Notes: generated by a model from the letters alone, not told the origin. DNA of 63,275 nucleotides, filler included, from Octopus bimaculoides (GCF_001194135.2; 8 parts of 7 records of this genome joined end to end with filler, not necessarily neighbours in it), one strand, 5' to 3'; numbered from the whole stretch's first letter, positions 14,673 through 28,526 are shown. Made by a program: numbers and translations.

Positions 14673-15050
14673 GAGGCGCAATGGCCCAGTGGTTAGGGCA
14701 GCGGACTTGCAGTTGTAGGATCGTGGTTTCCATCCCCACACCGGGCGTTGTGAGTGTTTATTGAGCGAAAACACTTAAAGTTGCACGAGGCTCCGGCTGC
14801 GGGTGGTGGCGAACCCTGATGTACTCTTTCTCCACAACTTTCTCTCACTCTTACTTCTTGTTTCTCTGGTGCCTGTATTTCAAAGGGCCAGCCTTATCAC
14901 ACACTGTGTAACGCTGAATCTCCCCGAGAACTACGTTAAAGGTACACGTGTCTATCCAGTGCTCAGTCACTTCCACATTAATTTCACGAGCAGGCTGTTT
15001 CGTTGATCGGATCAACTGGAACTCTCGTCGTCGTAACCGACGGAATGCCA
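14673..15050 (+). mobile_element. tRNA-headed SINE family B, full copy
   Basis: GGCGCAATGGCCCAGTGGTTAGGGCAGCGGAC head; same body as 52829-53213 and 53569-53956; imperfect flanking repeat TTTG(C/T)ATTTAT. Confidence 0.85.
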
Positions 15051-15068
15051 CGTTTTGTATTTATACGT

Positions 15069-15140
<72 letters not shown>

Positions 15141-15613
15141 CTATTCAGCTAAAATTCTCCTACAGCTGATAGGTGAAGATGATTGAACTGACATTTTACG
15201 CCCATCATTTATACATACATGCAGCTAATATTCCGCATTTATCCTTTATATTTACCAGCCATACGGTGGATTCTAAAGAATCTTATGGTGTAATTTTCTT
15301 GTCGACATAACATGATTTATCTTCAAAGCACCAGGTTTCTATGATGTGGTTTCGTGTGCTGTGGGCTGGCGGGTGTATAGCGACGACTCCGGTATGGTGC
15401 AGTGGTCAGTGTGTATATAGAATGTATGAGGAGACTCTGCAAGTGTTTGTGTATATGAAAAGTAATTGTATGCATTTGAAGGCGCTTTGCAGTGGTTTGT
15501 GTGCTTTGCAAGGAGTGGGTGTATATATAAGCATCCTGGTTTCTTCTGTGTGTGCGTGTGTCTGGTGTATTGTATTTGTGCTGCGTTTGATATATAATTA
15601 TATGTTTGGTCTC

Positions 15614-15649
<36 letters not shown>

Positions 15650-16306
15650 GCGTGTGCGCGTGTGTGTTCGTGTGTGTGTGTGTGTGTGTGCGTATGTCTG
15701 CATACACATGTACATGTATTAGTGGTTGTCGTGGGCTAATCAATATACATTAATACATGCATATGCAACATCTATATATATACATAAATACATACATATA
15801 TNNNNNNNNNNNNNNNNNNNNNNNNNNNNNNNNNNNNNNNNNNNNNNNNNNNNNNNNNNNNNNNNNNNNNNNNNNNNNNNNNNNNNNNNNNNNNNNNNNN
15901 NNNNNNNNNNNNNNNNNNNNNNNNNNNNNNNNNNNNNNNNNNNNNNNNNNNNNNNNNNNNNNNNNNNNNNNNNNNNNNNNNNNNNNNNNNNNNNNNNNNN
16001 NNNNNNNNNNNNNNNNNNNNNNNNNNNNNNNNNNNNNNNNNNNNNNNNNNNNNNNNNNNNNNNNNNNNNNNNNNNNNNNNNNNNNNNNNNNNNNNNNNNN
16101 NNNNNNNNNNNNNNNNNNNNNNNNNNNNNNNNNNNNNNNNNNNNNNNNNNNNNNNNNNNNNNNNNNNNNNNNNNNNNNNNNNNNNNNNNNNNNNNNNNNN
16201 NNNNNNNNNNNNNNNNNNNNNNNNNNNNNNNNNNNNNNNNNNNNNNNNNNNNNNNNNNNNNNNNNNNNNNNNNNNNNNNNNNNNNNNNNNNNNNNNNNNN
16301 NNNNNN

Positions 16307-16371
<65 letters not shown>

Positions 16372-16977
16372 ATAGTCATGTGTGTATGTGCTGATAAGAA
16401 TGCGTATTGACGTTAGTATGTATGTGTGCGTTTGTGTGCCTATCTCTTGAAATGTGGCTTTGGGGAGAGAAGCCGTAGCATTTAGTTGCAACTCGTTGAT
16501 GTACGGGTAAGACAGAGAAGCAATTCACACAGGTCAGTTGGCATTATATTGTAAGTGGATGCTTGAGAGAATATTGTAGCATGTTCTGTTGAAGGAGGCG
16601 TACGAGGGAGGAGGGGTGGTGATGGTCGTGGTGGTGGGGGTTGAGAGGGGGAGGAATTGGAAGGAGGAGGTGGTTCGAGGATGAGAAAAAGGTGAAGAGA
16701 AGAGACGGTGGGCGCGGAGTGGATGTTGAAGAGCAGGCAGATGGATGACATGAATTGAAGAAATCATAGAAGTTTAGGTTTGGCCTGTGTATATCTGTTC
16801 CTCTACACCCACCCACAGACCTACCCAACACACACACACACACACACACACACATGCACACACACACACACACACACGCATACACATATATACATATATG
16901 AACAGGTGGTTACGGAGATGGATTGGTAGATAGATACGCCGATATATATTCATGCCTACATAAATATGATACATACC

Positions 16978-17037
<60 letters not shown>

Positions 17038-18145
17038 AGAGAGAGAGAGAGAGAGAGAGATGGATAAATAAACAGAGACACTTAATCTATTCCTGAACAC
17101 AACATTCAAAACACTGCCTGGATTCGTTTGGGATTATACTTAGGGATCTACACCTTCACGGAAGTAAGGGCTAACCTCCACATCCTCTGGAACAAGAGAT
17201 TGATATATATTTGGAATAATCTCTTTAAAGATAGATAATAAGTACATAAATGTGTACGTATATGTGTATACAAACGAAAGAAGGGCACTCAACACAGTTA
17301 TTGGGACTTACGTGTATATATCAAAACAGTTTTACTTAAACTTCTTGGTACTGAGTTTCAAGCGTAACGCAAATCTACGGCCATTGGAGTCTGACTTCAT
17401 TGGCCGAAGATTAGCGTCACGCTTCAAATTCAGAGTACCAAAGAGTTTGAATCAAATTATTTTGACTCCGCCCCTTATATATATATATATACATACATAC
17501 ATGGATGAATATATGTGTGTGCGTCCATGTATATTTGAGTGTATAAACGCACGTGCACTTGCACAAATATTCGTAAAGAAGCGAACTAGCAAAGTCGTTC
17601 AGGGGCCGATACTACACCTTGCGGTCACACCTTGTATTTCTTTCGTTTCCTTCGTGTTCTGAGTTCAAATCCAACGATATGAAACTTGTACCGCTGTCCC
17701 TTGCGTGGTCGATAAACAAACAATCTATCCAGAGCCGCGTATCTGGAATTTTTTAAGTGTTTCACGGTGTTCCTTGGGGGTACTGGTTCCGGCTTCGTGT
17801 TTTGAGGCGGAGGCACTGACACCAGTTGAAACATCGATGCCACTAGATCTCTCGAAATATTGCACCTCTGCTGTTATCAAACTCTTGAGTCTCTCCTTTT
17901 CTATTTAAGATGTATAGAAATCTCGCTTTATGAGATGCTGTCATATGTTAAATTCAAATTACGATAAACGTAAACAAACAAATGAAATTTGCTTTTAAAA
18001 GCGTTGAGATGTCTTCGAAAGTTAAAGAAGTGATTTTAAATTCTCAAACGCAGGATGATGCTAATGATATAGCCTGAACAGGATAAACTACCTCTATTTT
18101 GCAGAAAAAAGTGTGGGTGGCCATATATGTATATATGTGTGTATG

Positions 18146-18176
<31 letters not shown>

Positions 18177-18485
18177 NNNNNNNNNNNNNNNNNNNNNNNN
18201 NNNNNNNNNNNNNNNNNNNNNNNNNNNNNNNNNNNNNNNNNNNNNNNNNNNNNNNNNNNNNNNNNNNNNNNNNNNNNNNNNNNNNNNNNNNNNNNNNNNN
18301 NNNNNNNNNNNNNNNNNNNNNNNNNNNNNNNNNNNNNNNNNNNNNNNNNNNNNNNNNNNNNNNNNNNNNNNNNNNNNNNNNNNNNNNNNNNNNNNNNNNN
18401 NNNNNNNNNNNNNNNNNNNNNNNNNNNNNNNNNNNNNNNNNNNNNNNNNNNNNNNNNNNNNNNNNNNNNNNNNNNNNNNNNNNNN

Positions 18486-18619
18486 AGCAGAAATATAACA
18501 AAAAAAACTGTTACTCGGAGTTTCACGTTCCCGTTCATCGGACAGTTTTGTTAGAAAAAAACTGTCCGATGAACGGGAACGTGAAACTCCGAGTAATAGT
18601 TTCTTGTTATATTTCTGCT
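18486..18619. repeat. Long palindrome with a 39-bp perfect core stem
   Basis: 18511-18549 is the exact reverse complement of 18558-18596; imperfect pairing continues to both ends. Confidence 0.9.
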
Positions 18620-18781
18620 GCTTTTAAATAAAGCATATTATTCTACCTCTGGTATTTGAGTAGTCTTTTTTCCACCTTGTTGCACATTTATGTGCTTACT
18701 CCGGTATATATATGTAGACAGACAGATAGATAGATAGCCATATATACAGACAGACAGATAAATAGATAGATAGATAGATAG

Positions 18782-18813
<32 letters not shown>

Positions 18814-19827
18814 GTTATGATTCTTAAACATTAACATTTGTAAGTATGAGTGTTCGCTACTCCGTGGAGTCTGTGATGTGTTTCTATGCAGAAACGTGTT
18901 TGTCTGGCCTAAATATGCTTAAACTATTATTCAGTCTCTATCTGAATACCGCAAACAGTAGCTGTATATGTCCGTGTATTCGTAACTCTGTATTTGTTTG
19001 GTCTTCTCACAATCTTTTTTATTTATCTTGTTATATGATTACTCTTTGTATCAACACGTCTTCCTTTGTTGAAAAATATACACATGTATTCACCATTGTA
19101 GAGCTAGTTTCTCGAACAATAAATTTAATTTAATTATCTATTTATTATCAATTAGCATCAATCTGCATAAATATACGTGTACACAACGACCACACATACA
19201 CATCTATATGTATGCACATATTTGTGTCTGTGTATGTATAAATATATGTCTATGAATTTATATATGCATATATATACAAACGCAAATACCCACACAAATA
19301 CACTCACACATATATATATATACATACCTTCTATAGTTCATGTGTATATGACTATATAATGCATTTATATGTATATATGTATACATATATGTATATANNN
19401 NNNNNNNAAGAAAGAGAGAAAGAGAAGCTGTGTGTGTGTGTTCGTATGTGTCAGTGTCTGCGTTATTTTTACATCCAATTAAGTATTTATTAATTATAAC
19501 CGCAAATTAATACTTCCTTGACATGATTCATTGAGACAAGCATCATACTCTAACAATTTGTTTGAACAATCAGATCTTCCAATCGTAAACAGCTACTGTT
19601 TGTAGACAACAGCAATGCTAATGAATATAATCGAAAGCGGAATATAAGACGCAATAGATATACAGTGACACTCATTAGAGTATGGCTAACGTAGAAATGC
19701 ATACAACATAAAGAATAACATTATTTCCATTTGACGGAAACAAACAAGATGAGGACAAATATCCGTCAAACGTAAATAATATAAATAATGTACATAAATC
19801 CTCATCACTTAAATATAGAACTGTATA

Positions 19828-19869
<42 letters not shown>

Positions 19870-19871
<2 letters not shown>

Positions 19872-20545
19872 GGAGGCGAGTGACATAATCGCGTTTCGTT
19901 CGTTTGCACGTTATAAGTTCAAATTGCGCCGAAACCGATTTTGCCTTTCATCCAGTTGAATATTGGGGGTTGATACAATCGACTTACGCAACCCCGGTGA
20001 AATTGCTGGCCTTGTGCCAAAATTTGAAATTATTATTAGTGCGATTTGGCAGGATCGATAGCACGTCGGGTAACATGCTTAATTATCTTGTTATGTATCT
20101 TTGTTTTGCGAGTTCAAATCCTGCCAAGGCGGACTGCTTTTCGTCCAATCGGTGGCAGAGTAAAAATACCAGGCGTTTCGTCTATCAAGTTTTCTCTCGA
20201 GATTGACTTTGTGTTCCGTCAATTCGAGGTTGATGAAATAAATAACTTTTGCAAACTGGAGACGGTGTAATGGAGTCACCTCCCCTCACAAAATTGCTGG
20301 CCTTGTGCCAAAAGTTCGAAACCAATACTTTATTTGGCAGCGAGTTGGCAGAATTGTTAGAAAGCCGGGAAAAATTCTTAACCGAGATTTCGTCTGTTTT
20401 TACGCCTTGAGATGAGATACCACCGGGGTCGACTTTTCTTGTCATCCATTCGGACACGATAAAATAAGTACCAGTTGAGCACTGGGGCCAATGTAATCGA
20501 CTTAACCCTTCTCCAAAACCAGCTGACCTAATGCCAAAAGATGAA
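19870..20545 (+). mobile_element. Tandem cluster of SINE family C copies; others at about 9524-9940(+), 14336-14640(-), 17380-17830, 39770-39925(-), 41290-41680, 55771-56270(+)
   Basis: Recurring GGCGAGCTGGCAGAAACGTTA...GAGTTCAAATTCCGCCGAGGTCGACTTTGCCTTTCATCC...ATCGAC consensus. Confidence 0.75.
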
Positions 20546-20550
20546 TCCAA

Positions 20551-21087
20551 TAGAGTAATCACTCGCCATATCACGGTTCACCTATCGCACTCTCAGTACA
20601 TCGCGGATTTTTCTGGCTAATATATGAAAAATTAGATCGTGGACTCCTCAGTACATCGCGGGTTTCTGCGGCCGATAGGTATTTATATTTTTTTTATATT
20701 TTAATTATTTCTGTGATAAAATAAACATTTTCACGCCTAAAAATTAATAAATCAGTAAATAAAAGTACAGTACTGCATTGAATGTATAATTAATATAATA
20801 TAATTAAAATATATTAATATAATATAATATAATTAAAATATATTAAAAGAAAATACGTAGTGTATCGTAGATGAGTAAACAAAGAATCGCTCATGCTGTT
20901 TGGAAAACGAAACTCGGGAGTCGTGTGTGTGGTGGTGTTTTGTATTTATGATAAAATGAATATATACAAATTACAAAAATAATATTTAAAAAATACAGTA
21001 CAGTACTGTTTCTACTTCGCGGATTTTCACCTATCGCGGGGTGGGGGTTTGGAATATAACACTTGCGATAGTCGAGGGATCATCGTA
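20551..21087. mobile_element. pogo/Tigger-like MITE
   Basis: Degenerate terminal inverted repeats of the TACAGTAATCCCTCG type with TA ends, subterminal CACCTATCGCGG/CGCGGATTTT motifs and an AT-rich core. Confidence 0.6.
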
Positions 21088-22905
21088 TCAGTGTTTGTGT
21101 TCGGGCGTGTGTCCATAGACTTCCCGGTTATAAGAGACAGCATTTTGAAGTGTTATTTTGATATTAACACGTTGTTTGTCATGAAAACACCAGTTTGTTC
21201 AAGGACTGTCGTTACTCAACACGTAGCCTTAGGAAGTTGTTGAACTTAGCTCTGTCAGTTAATGAAACACCCATCAATTTTACAGTGTTTTGTTGCCAAC
21301 AGCAATAAACAGTACTTACTATTCTGTAGTTCCATAATTATAACCAATAGAATACAGGTTCGTGCATAATTTACTGTTGTTGAACTGGTTGTTATGACAG
21401 GACTAATAATTGAGGAAGTTCAACGTTTGCATAATGTCATTGTCTCTGAAACGAAGGTTAGGTAACCCTATAGCTCATTAGGGCATGTTGATAACTCTCG
21501 ATAGATCTGTAGTCTGTCTGTCTGTTCCCCTCGCTCTCTCTCTCTCTCCGCCTGTCTCTCTTTTGTATAAACACAGATATACATATACACATTTTATGCG
21601 CATGTCTAAATATATATATATATATCCATGGCAAGGTTTAATTTCTGTATACAAATTTAATTTGCGGTCCATGGGAAGAGCCGTTTTAACGATGCGTCCT
21701 ACCCAGCTCTTCGAAACGCCGGTGTTAAAACGGGGGTAGCTGATGAAGGAAAATGTTCTCTATGTGGCTTGTGTGTTTTCTCGTCTACGTTTTGTTTGCA
21801 ATGTCCTGTAGCCAGATATACACCTATACATACAGGTGGATGTCGGTATGCACATACCTGTACGTATATATGCATATACTCATTTACTATTTGTTTATAT
21901 ATATATATATATATNNNNNNNNNNNNNNNNNNNNNNNNNNNNNNNNNNNNNNNNNNNNTTAATTAATTAANNNNNNNNNNNNNNNNNNNNNNNNNNNNNN
22001 NNNNNNNNNNNNNNTATATATATATATATACACATATATATATATACATACATATATATATACACATATATATATATATATACATATATGTATATACATA
22101 CATTCATACATACATACATATCCTGACTTTTGTGTATTTGACCGAATTTATGACGCTCAATGTTTTTTAAGTCGAAATATACCCGCTCCTACTGAAACTA
22201 TTGACGTAATTTTGAAAGTCACACCCCGTTCTTTTTAACGAGAAGATAAAATTAAATTTAAATCCATATAATTGCTTTTTCTGTAATATGATACTGGACA
22301 AGTTTTAAAAGTTTTAAAAACCATCTTGATTTTTGTATACATGCTAATTTGTCCTTCCATTTTCCAATCTCATATCTCCACCCAAAAGAATCACTAACTG
22401 ACACAAAACAGTTAACCTTCTCAAATCCTCATGATTATCGGGACTTAGGAGGTAATGCATGAAGAGAACTTTCTTTTGTTTAAGCTGTAAACCTGTGATG
22501 AGTTGGACTTATTCGGTTTTGAAATTTTCTATGAGAAGTTGTTGGTAATTGTTTTAGGAATTTAAACCCTCGCTTGGATATAGATCCCAAGCAATTAGAG
22601 ACAAGTTACACAATTATTTTGACTATATACCGACTAAACATTTGTAGTGTCTGCCTAAAAACTGTTTGCAATATAGATTTATGTAAAAGTTGTTCACGGT
22701 GATTTGGTTTTAGTACTTTACTATGAGAGCTAATAGATTTTTCTTTCCCAAAGCATGGTTGTATGAAGGAGAAATTCCCTTTGCATCTATGATGTACCAG
22801 TTTCGATCCTGTTGCGTGATATCTCTCGTGCAAGAATCTTCCGTAATAGCTTCGATCGATCAAAGATTTTGAAGGAAAATTGTAGACAAAAGTCAATCAA
22901 AAGAC

Positions 22906-23008
<103 letters not shown>

Positions 23009-24649
23009 ATGGTATTTGATATACGTGTATTTGTCTATGTTGTTCAGAAATATTCCACTGGCCACTCTGACTTATTGCTCTTAGCTCATTTTCTTTTCTT
23101 ATGGAAAATAACAGACGTCGAGAAGAAAAGATCAATCGACGAAAATGCAAAGTGTGATTCGCACTTCCTCGTCCTCTACCTTCTCTCCCCTGTGATAACT
23201 GCTCCCGACTCTTCTATACGGTCCTTGGCCTGAACAGCCATCTCAAGTACCAGAGCACTTCACACCCATCAAGATGAAGAGGCTCAATCACTGGCTACAA
23301 ATCTACTATTCGGATACGAATTAACGCCGACGATACAGATGATCTTGCCTTTAAATGTAATCTATCCTTTCTTTTTTTTTGTATAAGTCTCAGTCTCTTG
23401 GCTACTGTAAATTTGGTTGGACAGTTGTCGAGCTGTTGACGGTTATTGAGTCAGAAACACATATCTGTGACTGTTCTCGTCTCCATACAATAAGCCTCTC
23501 TTTTTCTTAATAACATGTTAAATTTGGAGAGTTCTCGAGTCATGAGATTATCTCCCCTTCTCGCGAGGAACTGGTTTTAATTGCCATTTAATAATTAGAA
23601 TTAGAACACATCCTCTAGAGTTTGAGATAATTTTAATAAATCAAGAATTCATGTTGTATGATATTAGATGTACCTGTATTTAACTATGTTGTTGAAATAC
23701 TTTCCAATGGCCACTCGACGAAAATCCTTTGGAACCTCTTTCCAATAACCGAAACCGATAAAAGAATATTTAAAAAAGTTACAAAAAACAAAAAAAAAAT
23801 TTCACTGCATCTCATCAAATTTGACATTTCCTATTATCAAGTTGNNNNNNNNNNNNNNNNNNNNNNNNNNNNNNNNNNNNNNNNNNNNNNNNNNNNNNNN
23901 NNNNNNNNNNNNNNNNNNNNNNNNNNNNNNNNNNNNNNNNNNNNNNNNNNNNNNNNNNNNNNNNNNNNNNNNNNNNNNNNNNNNNNNNNNNNNATATATA
24001 TATATATATATACCAGTAATATAGCTGGGTTGAGTCGACTTAATGTTATCTGCTTCTAGAAATGTCTCTTTTAAATGTATACGGTAGATGATGAAGGAAC
24101 ATTGTTGAAGAAAAGGTTGAAAAAACGAAATTGTTGATAAGAAATGTCACTGTTTTCTTAACCATGTTACTATTGCTTTCTCTGTTTTCTCTACTATTTT
24201 CAGCATGAAGTTCATTTCGTGAATATAATCCACATTCTCATCAAATTATTTCCTATTTTTTTCGTGTGTGTGTGTATTCGCTGTTGTTTCTGTCTCAAAC
24301 CATCAAATATATAAGATGCTAATTATAATAATAATAATAATAACAACAATATTTATAAAAATAATAATAATGACAATGAATAGTGATAACAATAATAATA
24401 AAGCGAATGTTTTTGTTGTTATTTATCGTGGTTTCTGCTCGCTTCTTTTCCCGTTTTTTTTTTTTTGGTCTGTTATTCGTTTAGATTCTGCGTTTAACTA
24501 ATGTTAATTGGATAGTACGGTAAATAAGAAAGACATTATTAATTTTTCTATTACTATCATCATCATCATCATCATCATCGTCGTCGTCGTCGTCGTCGTC
24601 ATCATTTTCGTCATCATCATCGCCATCGGCGTCGTCGTCATCATTATCT

Positions 24650-25060
24650 TCATTATTGTTGAGTGACAGAGCAGTGCATGCCATCAAAGTGACACTGGAG
24701 TACAAATATACGAAACCCAATAGAGCCATCATGACTACCCGTCTGATAAGGGTACACCAGGTACATGTATCACAACCATATGTGCGCGACATGATGATCT
24801 CATATCAAGATAAACAGCGCATGACCTCGCAGGTGGGGCGCAGTTAGAATTTTCTTCAGGTCGAGTAGCCCATCCCACTCAAAAGGTCCCTGAATAAGGC
24901 TTGTTTAAGGATGATGAATGAAACACTCATGTTTCCATAGCTGAATTATTCAAACCCCAATGAATTCCTCTCAACACATGACAATGATGCTCCCTCATTA
25001 CTTCTGCTCGTGATCTGCGATGCACATATCTTCAGCCACTAAGGAACATGCTCAACTGGT
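24650..25060 (-). repeat. Probable retroposon-derived interspersed repeat ending in a (GAT/GAC/AAT)n microsatellite
   Basis: GC-balanced block with a simple-repeat tail; no second copy in the window, family assignment from recall only. Confidence 0.4.
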
Positions 25061-25320
25061 TATTATCATTATTATTATTATTGATATGACTCGAGTTCGT
25101 TCTTATTTCTGGTAGAATTAAAGTGGGTAGCTGGTTACTACCTGTAACCTTAGGTATCCACAAGCTTCCAATAGTCTTTCAAGTGCTTAAAACCCTCCTG
25201 ATAATCTTTCCTGTCCCTAAGAGGCAAACTTTCTCTAGAAACTCAACAGGACATTCTATTCTAATCTTCAACCATTTATCTATATTTTTACTCACCATGT
25301 ACCAATTATTACAAGCACAT
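25061..25320 (-). mobile_element. R4/Dong-like LINE extreme 3' fragment
   Basis: VSKNIDKWLKIRIECPVEFLEKVCLLGTGKIIRRVLST* (stop at 25181-25179), then a UTR and an (AAT)n tail. Confidence 0.7.
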
Positions 25321-25379
25321 TATTATTGTTATTATTATTATTAGTAGTAGTATTATTGTTGTTGTTGTTGTTGCTGTTG

Positions 25380-25441
<62 letters not shown>

Positions 25442-25848
25442 GCACTCATTCTGTTGAAAAATACTGTAACCAAACACAAGAAAAGAAACATCAACCACCT
25501 TGGATTTCTTTCTTATTTCTATCATGTTTGTCGGTCCGAGCATATAAAATTCATATGGAAATAAGATTAAAAGCTAACCAGAAAAATAAATATGAGAGAA
25601 AGTATAAAATAAAATAAAGGACTTAAAACAGAGAAGAAAATTAACAACAAAACAAAAGTACATGAGCGAAAAGAATAAGGAAAATAAACAAAATGGTTTC
25701 TGTCAAAGAAATCTGTTTCGAAATATCGTATAATTGATCTAAACATACTTATATGAGATAAAATTAGAGAAATGTTGCAGAAACTTGACTGCTTCTGTCA
25801 CAAAAAACTGGTGTTTATATTTCCTTACACATGTTTCCATAAGTACTC

Positions 25849-25931
<83 letters not shown>

Positions 25932-26376
25932 TATATATATATAGATGCATTATTATATATACAGAGAAAGGGGGAGAGAGAGTGTGGTCGAAGTGGGAGA
26001 AGGAAAACATCTACTGCAAGAGCAAAAAGTAAGCATCTGTTTACATTCAGAATCTAAACGTAGAAGTATAGAGAAATATGTAAATAAGTCATTTAGGCGC
26101 AAAGCTACTCGTAGGTCTCGAACAGCGAATCTCCAGTAACCATGACAACCAGTGCTACACCGTTAAACATTGCATTTTTGGTTCTGAGTTCGCAAGATTG
26201 TATTTGAGGTGAATGCTTTGTAAAAAAAACAGTAGTAGAAATTCATTAGCAGAATGGATATCGAATTATGATTTCATATACACTACGGGCAGTTTCTGCT
26301 ATATAGAGTGTGGACATTTCCCTACACTTTTCTTCCATGCGTCTCCCATGGTGCACAACAGTCCTTGTTTTGCAAT

Positions 26377-26610
26377 GATTGACTAGCCAGAAGCCCTGAT
26401 TTTAAACCCTGCAACTTTTTTTCTTCGGGGTTGGTAAAAAGGCGCAAGTCTACTCTACCAAACCTCCGACTTTGGAAGAACTTGAAGGGCGAATACGAGA
26501 AATTATGTCTTCCATCCCACAAGGGTTCCTAATAAAATCAGTTGATGCGGTTCCCATGCGGCTTGAGAAGCTGGTGGCGAATGCTGGTGCCTACAGCATT
26601 TTTTAAATTA
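26377..26610 (+). mobile_element. Tc1/mariner-superfamily transposase C-terminal remnant
   Basis: D*LARSPDFKPCNFFLRGW*KAQVYSTKPPTLEELEGRIREIMSSIP..., a decayed WPxxSPDLNPxDFFLWG motif. Confidence 0.75.
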
Positions 26611-26842
26611 TAGTTAATAAATAAATTATACGTATTTTGAAATAGGGAGTTGCTTTTCAATCACCTTGATAGATAGATAGATAGATAGATAGATACAAAC
26701 ATGAATATATACATACATAGATACACACATATACACACACACNNNNNNNNNNNNNNNNNNNNNNNNNNNNNNNNNNNNNNNNNNNNTTAATTAATTAANN
26801 NNNNNNNNNNNNNNNNNNNNNNNNNNNNNNNNNNNNNNNNNN

Positions 26843-27176
26843 GTGGTTGGCGTTAGGAAGGGCATCCAGCTGTAGAAACTCTGCCAAATTAGACTGGAGC
26901 CTGGTGTTGCCATCCGGTTTCACCAGTCCTCAGTCAAATCGTCCGACCCATGCTAGCATGGAAAGCGGACGTTAAACGATGATGATGATGATGATATATA
27001 TATATATACACTCTCTGAGTGGTTGGCGTTAGGAAGGGCATCCAGCTGTAGAAACTCTGCCAAATCAGACTGGAGCCTGGTGTTGCCATCCGGTTTCACC
27101 AGTCCTCAGTCAAATCGTCCAACCCATACTAGCATGGAAAGCGGACGTTAAACGATGATGATGATGATGATGATGA
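26843..27176 (+). repeat. Two near-identical tandem copies of a retroposon 3' tail ending in (GAT)n; a related copy at about 29888-30285(-) carries three internal ~65-70-bp repeats
   Basis: GTGGTTGGCGTTAGGAAGGGCATCCAGCTGTAGAAAC...GGACGTTAAACGATGATG occurs at 26843 and 27019. Confidence 0.8.
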
Positions 27177-27540
27177 TTATTATCATTATTATTATTATTA
27201 TTATTATCATTATTATTAAAGAAATCATTATTATGACTTATACTGTAAATGGAATTATCATAACAATGGACCACTGACGTTTGCCAATACTTGCTGATCC
27301 ATTACATCGAGATATATTTAAAACACACTCCTATCAATAATCAATTGGAATCCACAGAGAATGGGGGTGTATATGAAAGCAAATATCAGTAATGGTTAAA
27401 CAGTAACCTAGGAAACAATAAGAACCACAGACAAATATAACTCTGTCACATGAATCAGCCATCTTTGCTGGCGAGAGGGGGTTGGTGTAATCACGTGGTC
27501 AAGTGGCTGAGGGTGTCCAGCAACTGAACAGGATTTAAAC

Positions 27541-27870
27541 CAGCGGTTCTCAAACGGGGTCCGTGTAAAATTTTAGGGGGTTCATGCAACAAAATAATGA
27601 ATTGGGGATCCACAGTAATGTTTTAAGGGCCCCTGGAAAAGTTTTAGTTTCGATGTATGTATTGGTATGTATTGCACGAAACAGCTGGGTTTCTTTCTCT
27701 AACATTTTCCATTGTTCAACCTACACAAGTGAATGTGTGGAAAACAAAATAGGAATTTTGAAAGAAGTTTCTATAAAACTAACTCTTAAACATCGAATGG
27801 CTATGGGGTTCCACCAGAATGAAATAGTAATCAAAGGGGTCCATAGATAAGAAATGGTTGAGAACCCCTG
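27541..27870. mobile_element. hAT (Charlie-like) MITE, downstream of MARVEL exon 2 on that gene's strand
   Basis: Termini CAGCGGTTCTCAAAC / GGTTGAGAACCCCTG; flanking 8-mers ATTTAAAC and CTTTAGAT (5/8 match). Confidence 0.7.
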
Positions 27871-28355
27871 CTTTAGATGTATGTATTGGTTATGTATTGA
27901 AAGTTGGAGTAAAAGATATTCAGATTTCTACAGTGAAAGGGTTAATATTCCTATGGAACATCCTAGACATAAATGGAATTATAATGGAAGACCAAAACAC
28001 TCTGGAGGCTCCCTCAGTCTGTATAAGTAGCAATTAAGTACGGGAGTTGATTTAACCTTTTAACTGCGAAATATAATTTCATGGTTATTCCAGTATTGAT
28101 CTTTAAATATCTACCAAAAAATAGAATTGGTATTTTCTGCAAGTCACCTTGCGTTATATTAAGCTTGACATATCCCAACAGAAAATAGTTCCAAACATGA
28201 CATTCCTCAACAAAAGACAGATTGGGATATAAAACTACTTTCTGCAGTTAAGGGTGTTGAAATTTTGAGTGGACATATCTGATTTCTGCAGTGAAAGGGT
28301 TACTTTTGAGCTTGCAGTGCAGAGACAAGAGAAAAGAGATGGTGGTGATACTTAC

Positions 28356-28526
28356 AATTAATAACATAGGTGCTGGTATCCTGGCAAAAATGTGCAAGAA
28401 GTGCAACAAAAAGAAAGTGACGAAAATAATAAATGTAACCACAGCAACAAACTGCACCCAGCCAACACCTGCAATTGCATATCGAATGGCTACTGAGGCA
28501 CAGATGAGAGTCAAGATTGAAATAAA
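28356..28526 (-). CDS. MARVEL-domain gene, second coding exon: FISILTLICASVAIRYAIAGVGWVQFVAVVTFIIFVTFFLLHFLHIFARIPAPMLLI
   Basis: Pyrimidine-rich acceptor (tctttgcag) and GTAAGT donor; 171 nt, phase 0-0, in frame with exon 1. Two hydrophobic helices with the G-W-x-x-F-V-A pattern typical of MARVEL proteins. Confidence 0.88.

Noticed and set aside
14673-14745. tRNA-like sequences (also 52831, 53956, 54401, 45525)
   Set aside because: These are SINE heads continuing into shared SINE bodies, not tRNA genes.
16590-16740. G-rich purine tract with Pro-rich antisense ORFs
   Set aside because: Low-complexity sequence with no splice or homology support.
23290-23350. NADDTDDL resembling an RT YADD motif
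   Set aside because: Too short, and no flanking RT motifs were recognised.
26843-27176. Tandem duplication of a retroposon tail as a real event
   Set aside because: The first copy begins exactly at a contig edge and is near-identical to the second; an assembly overlap is as likely.
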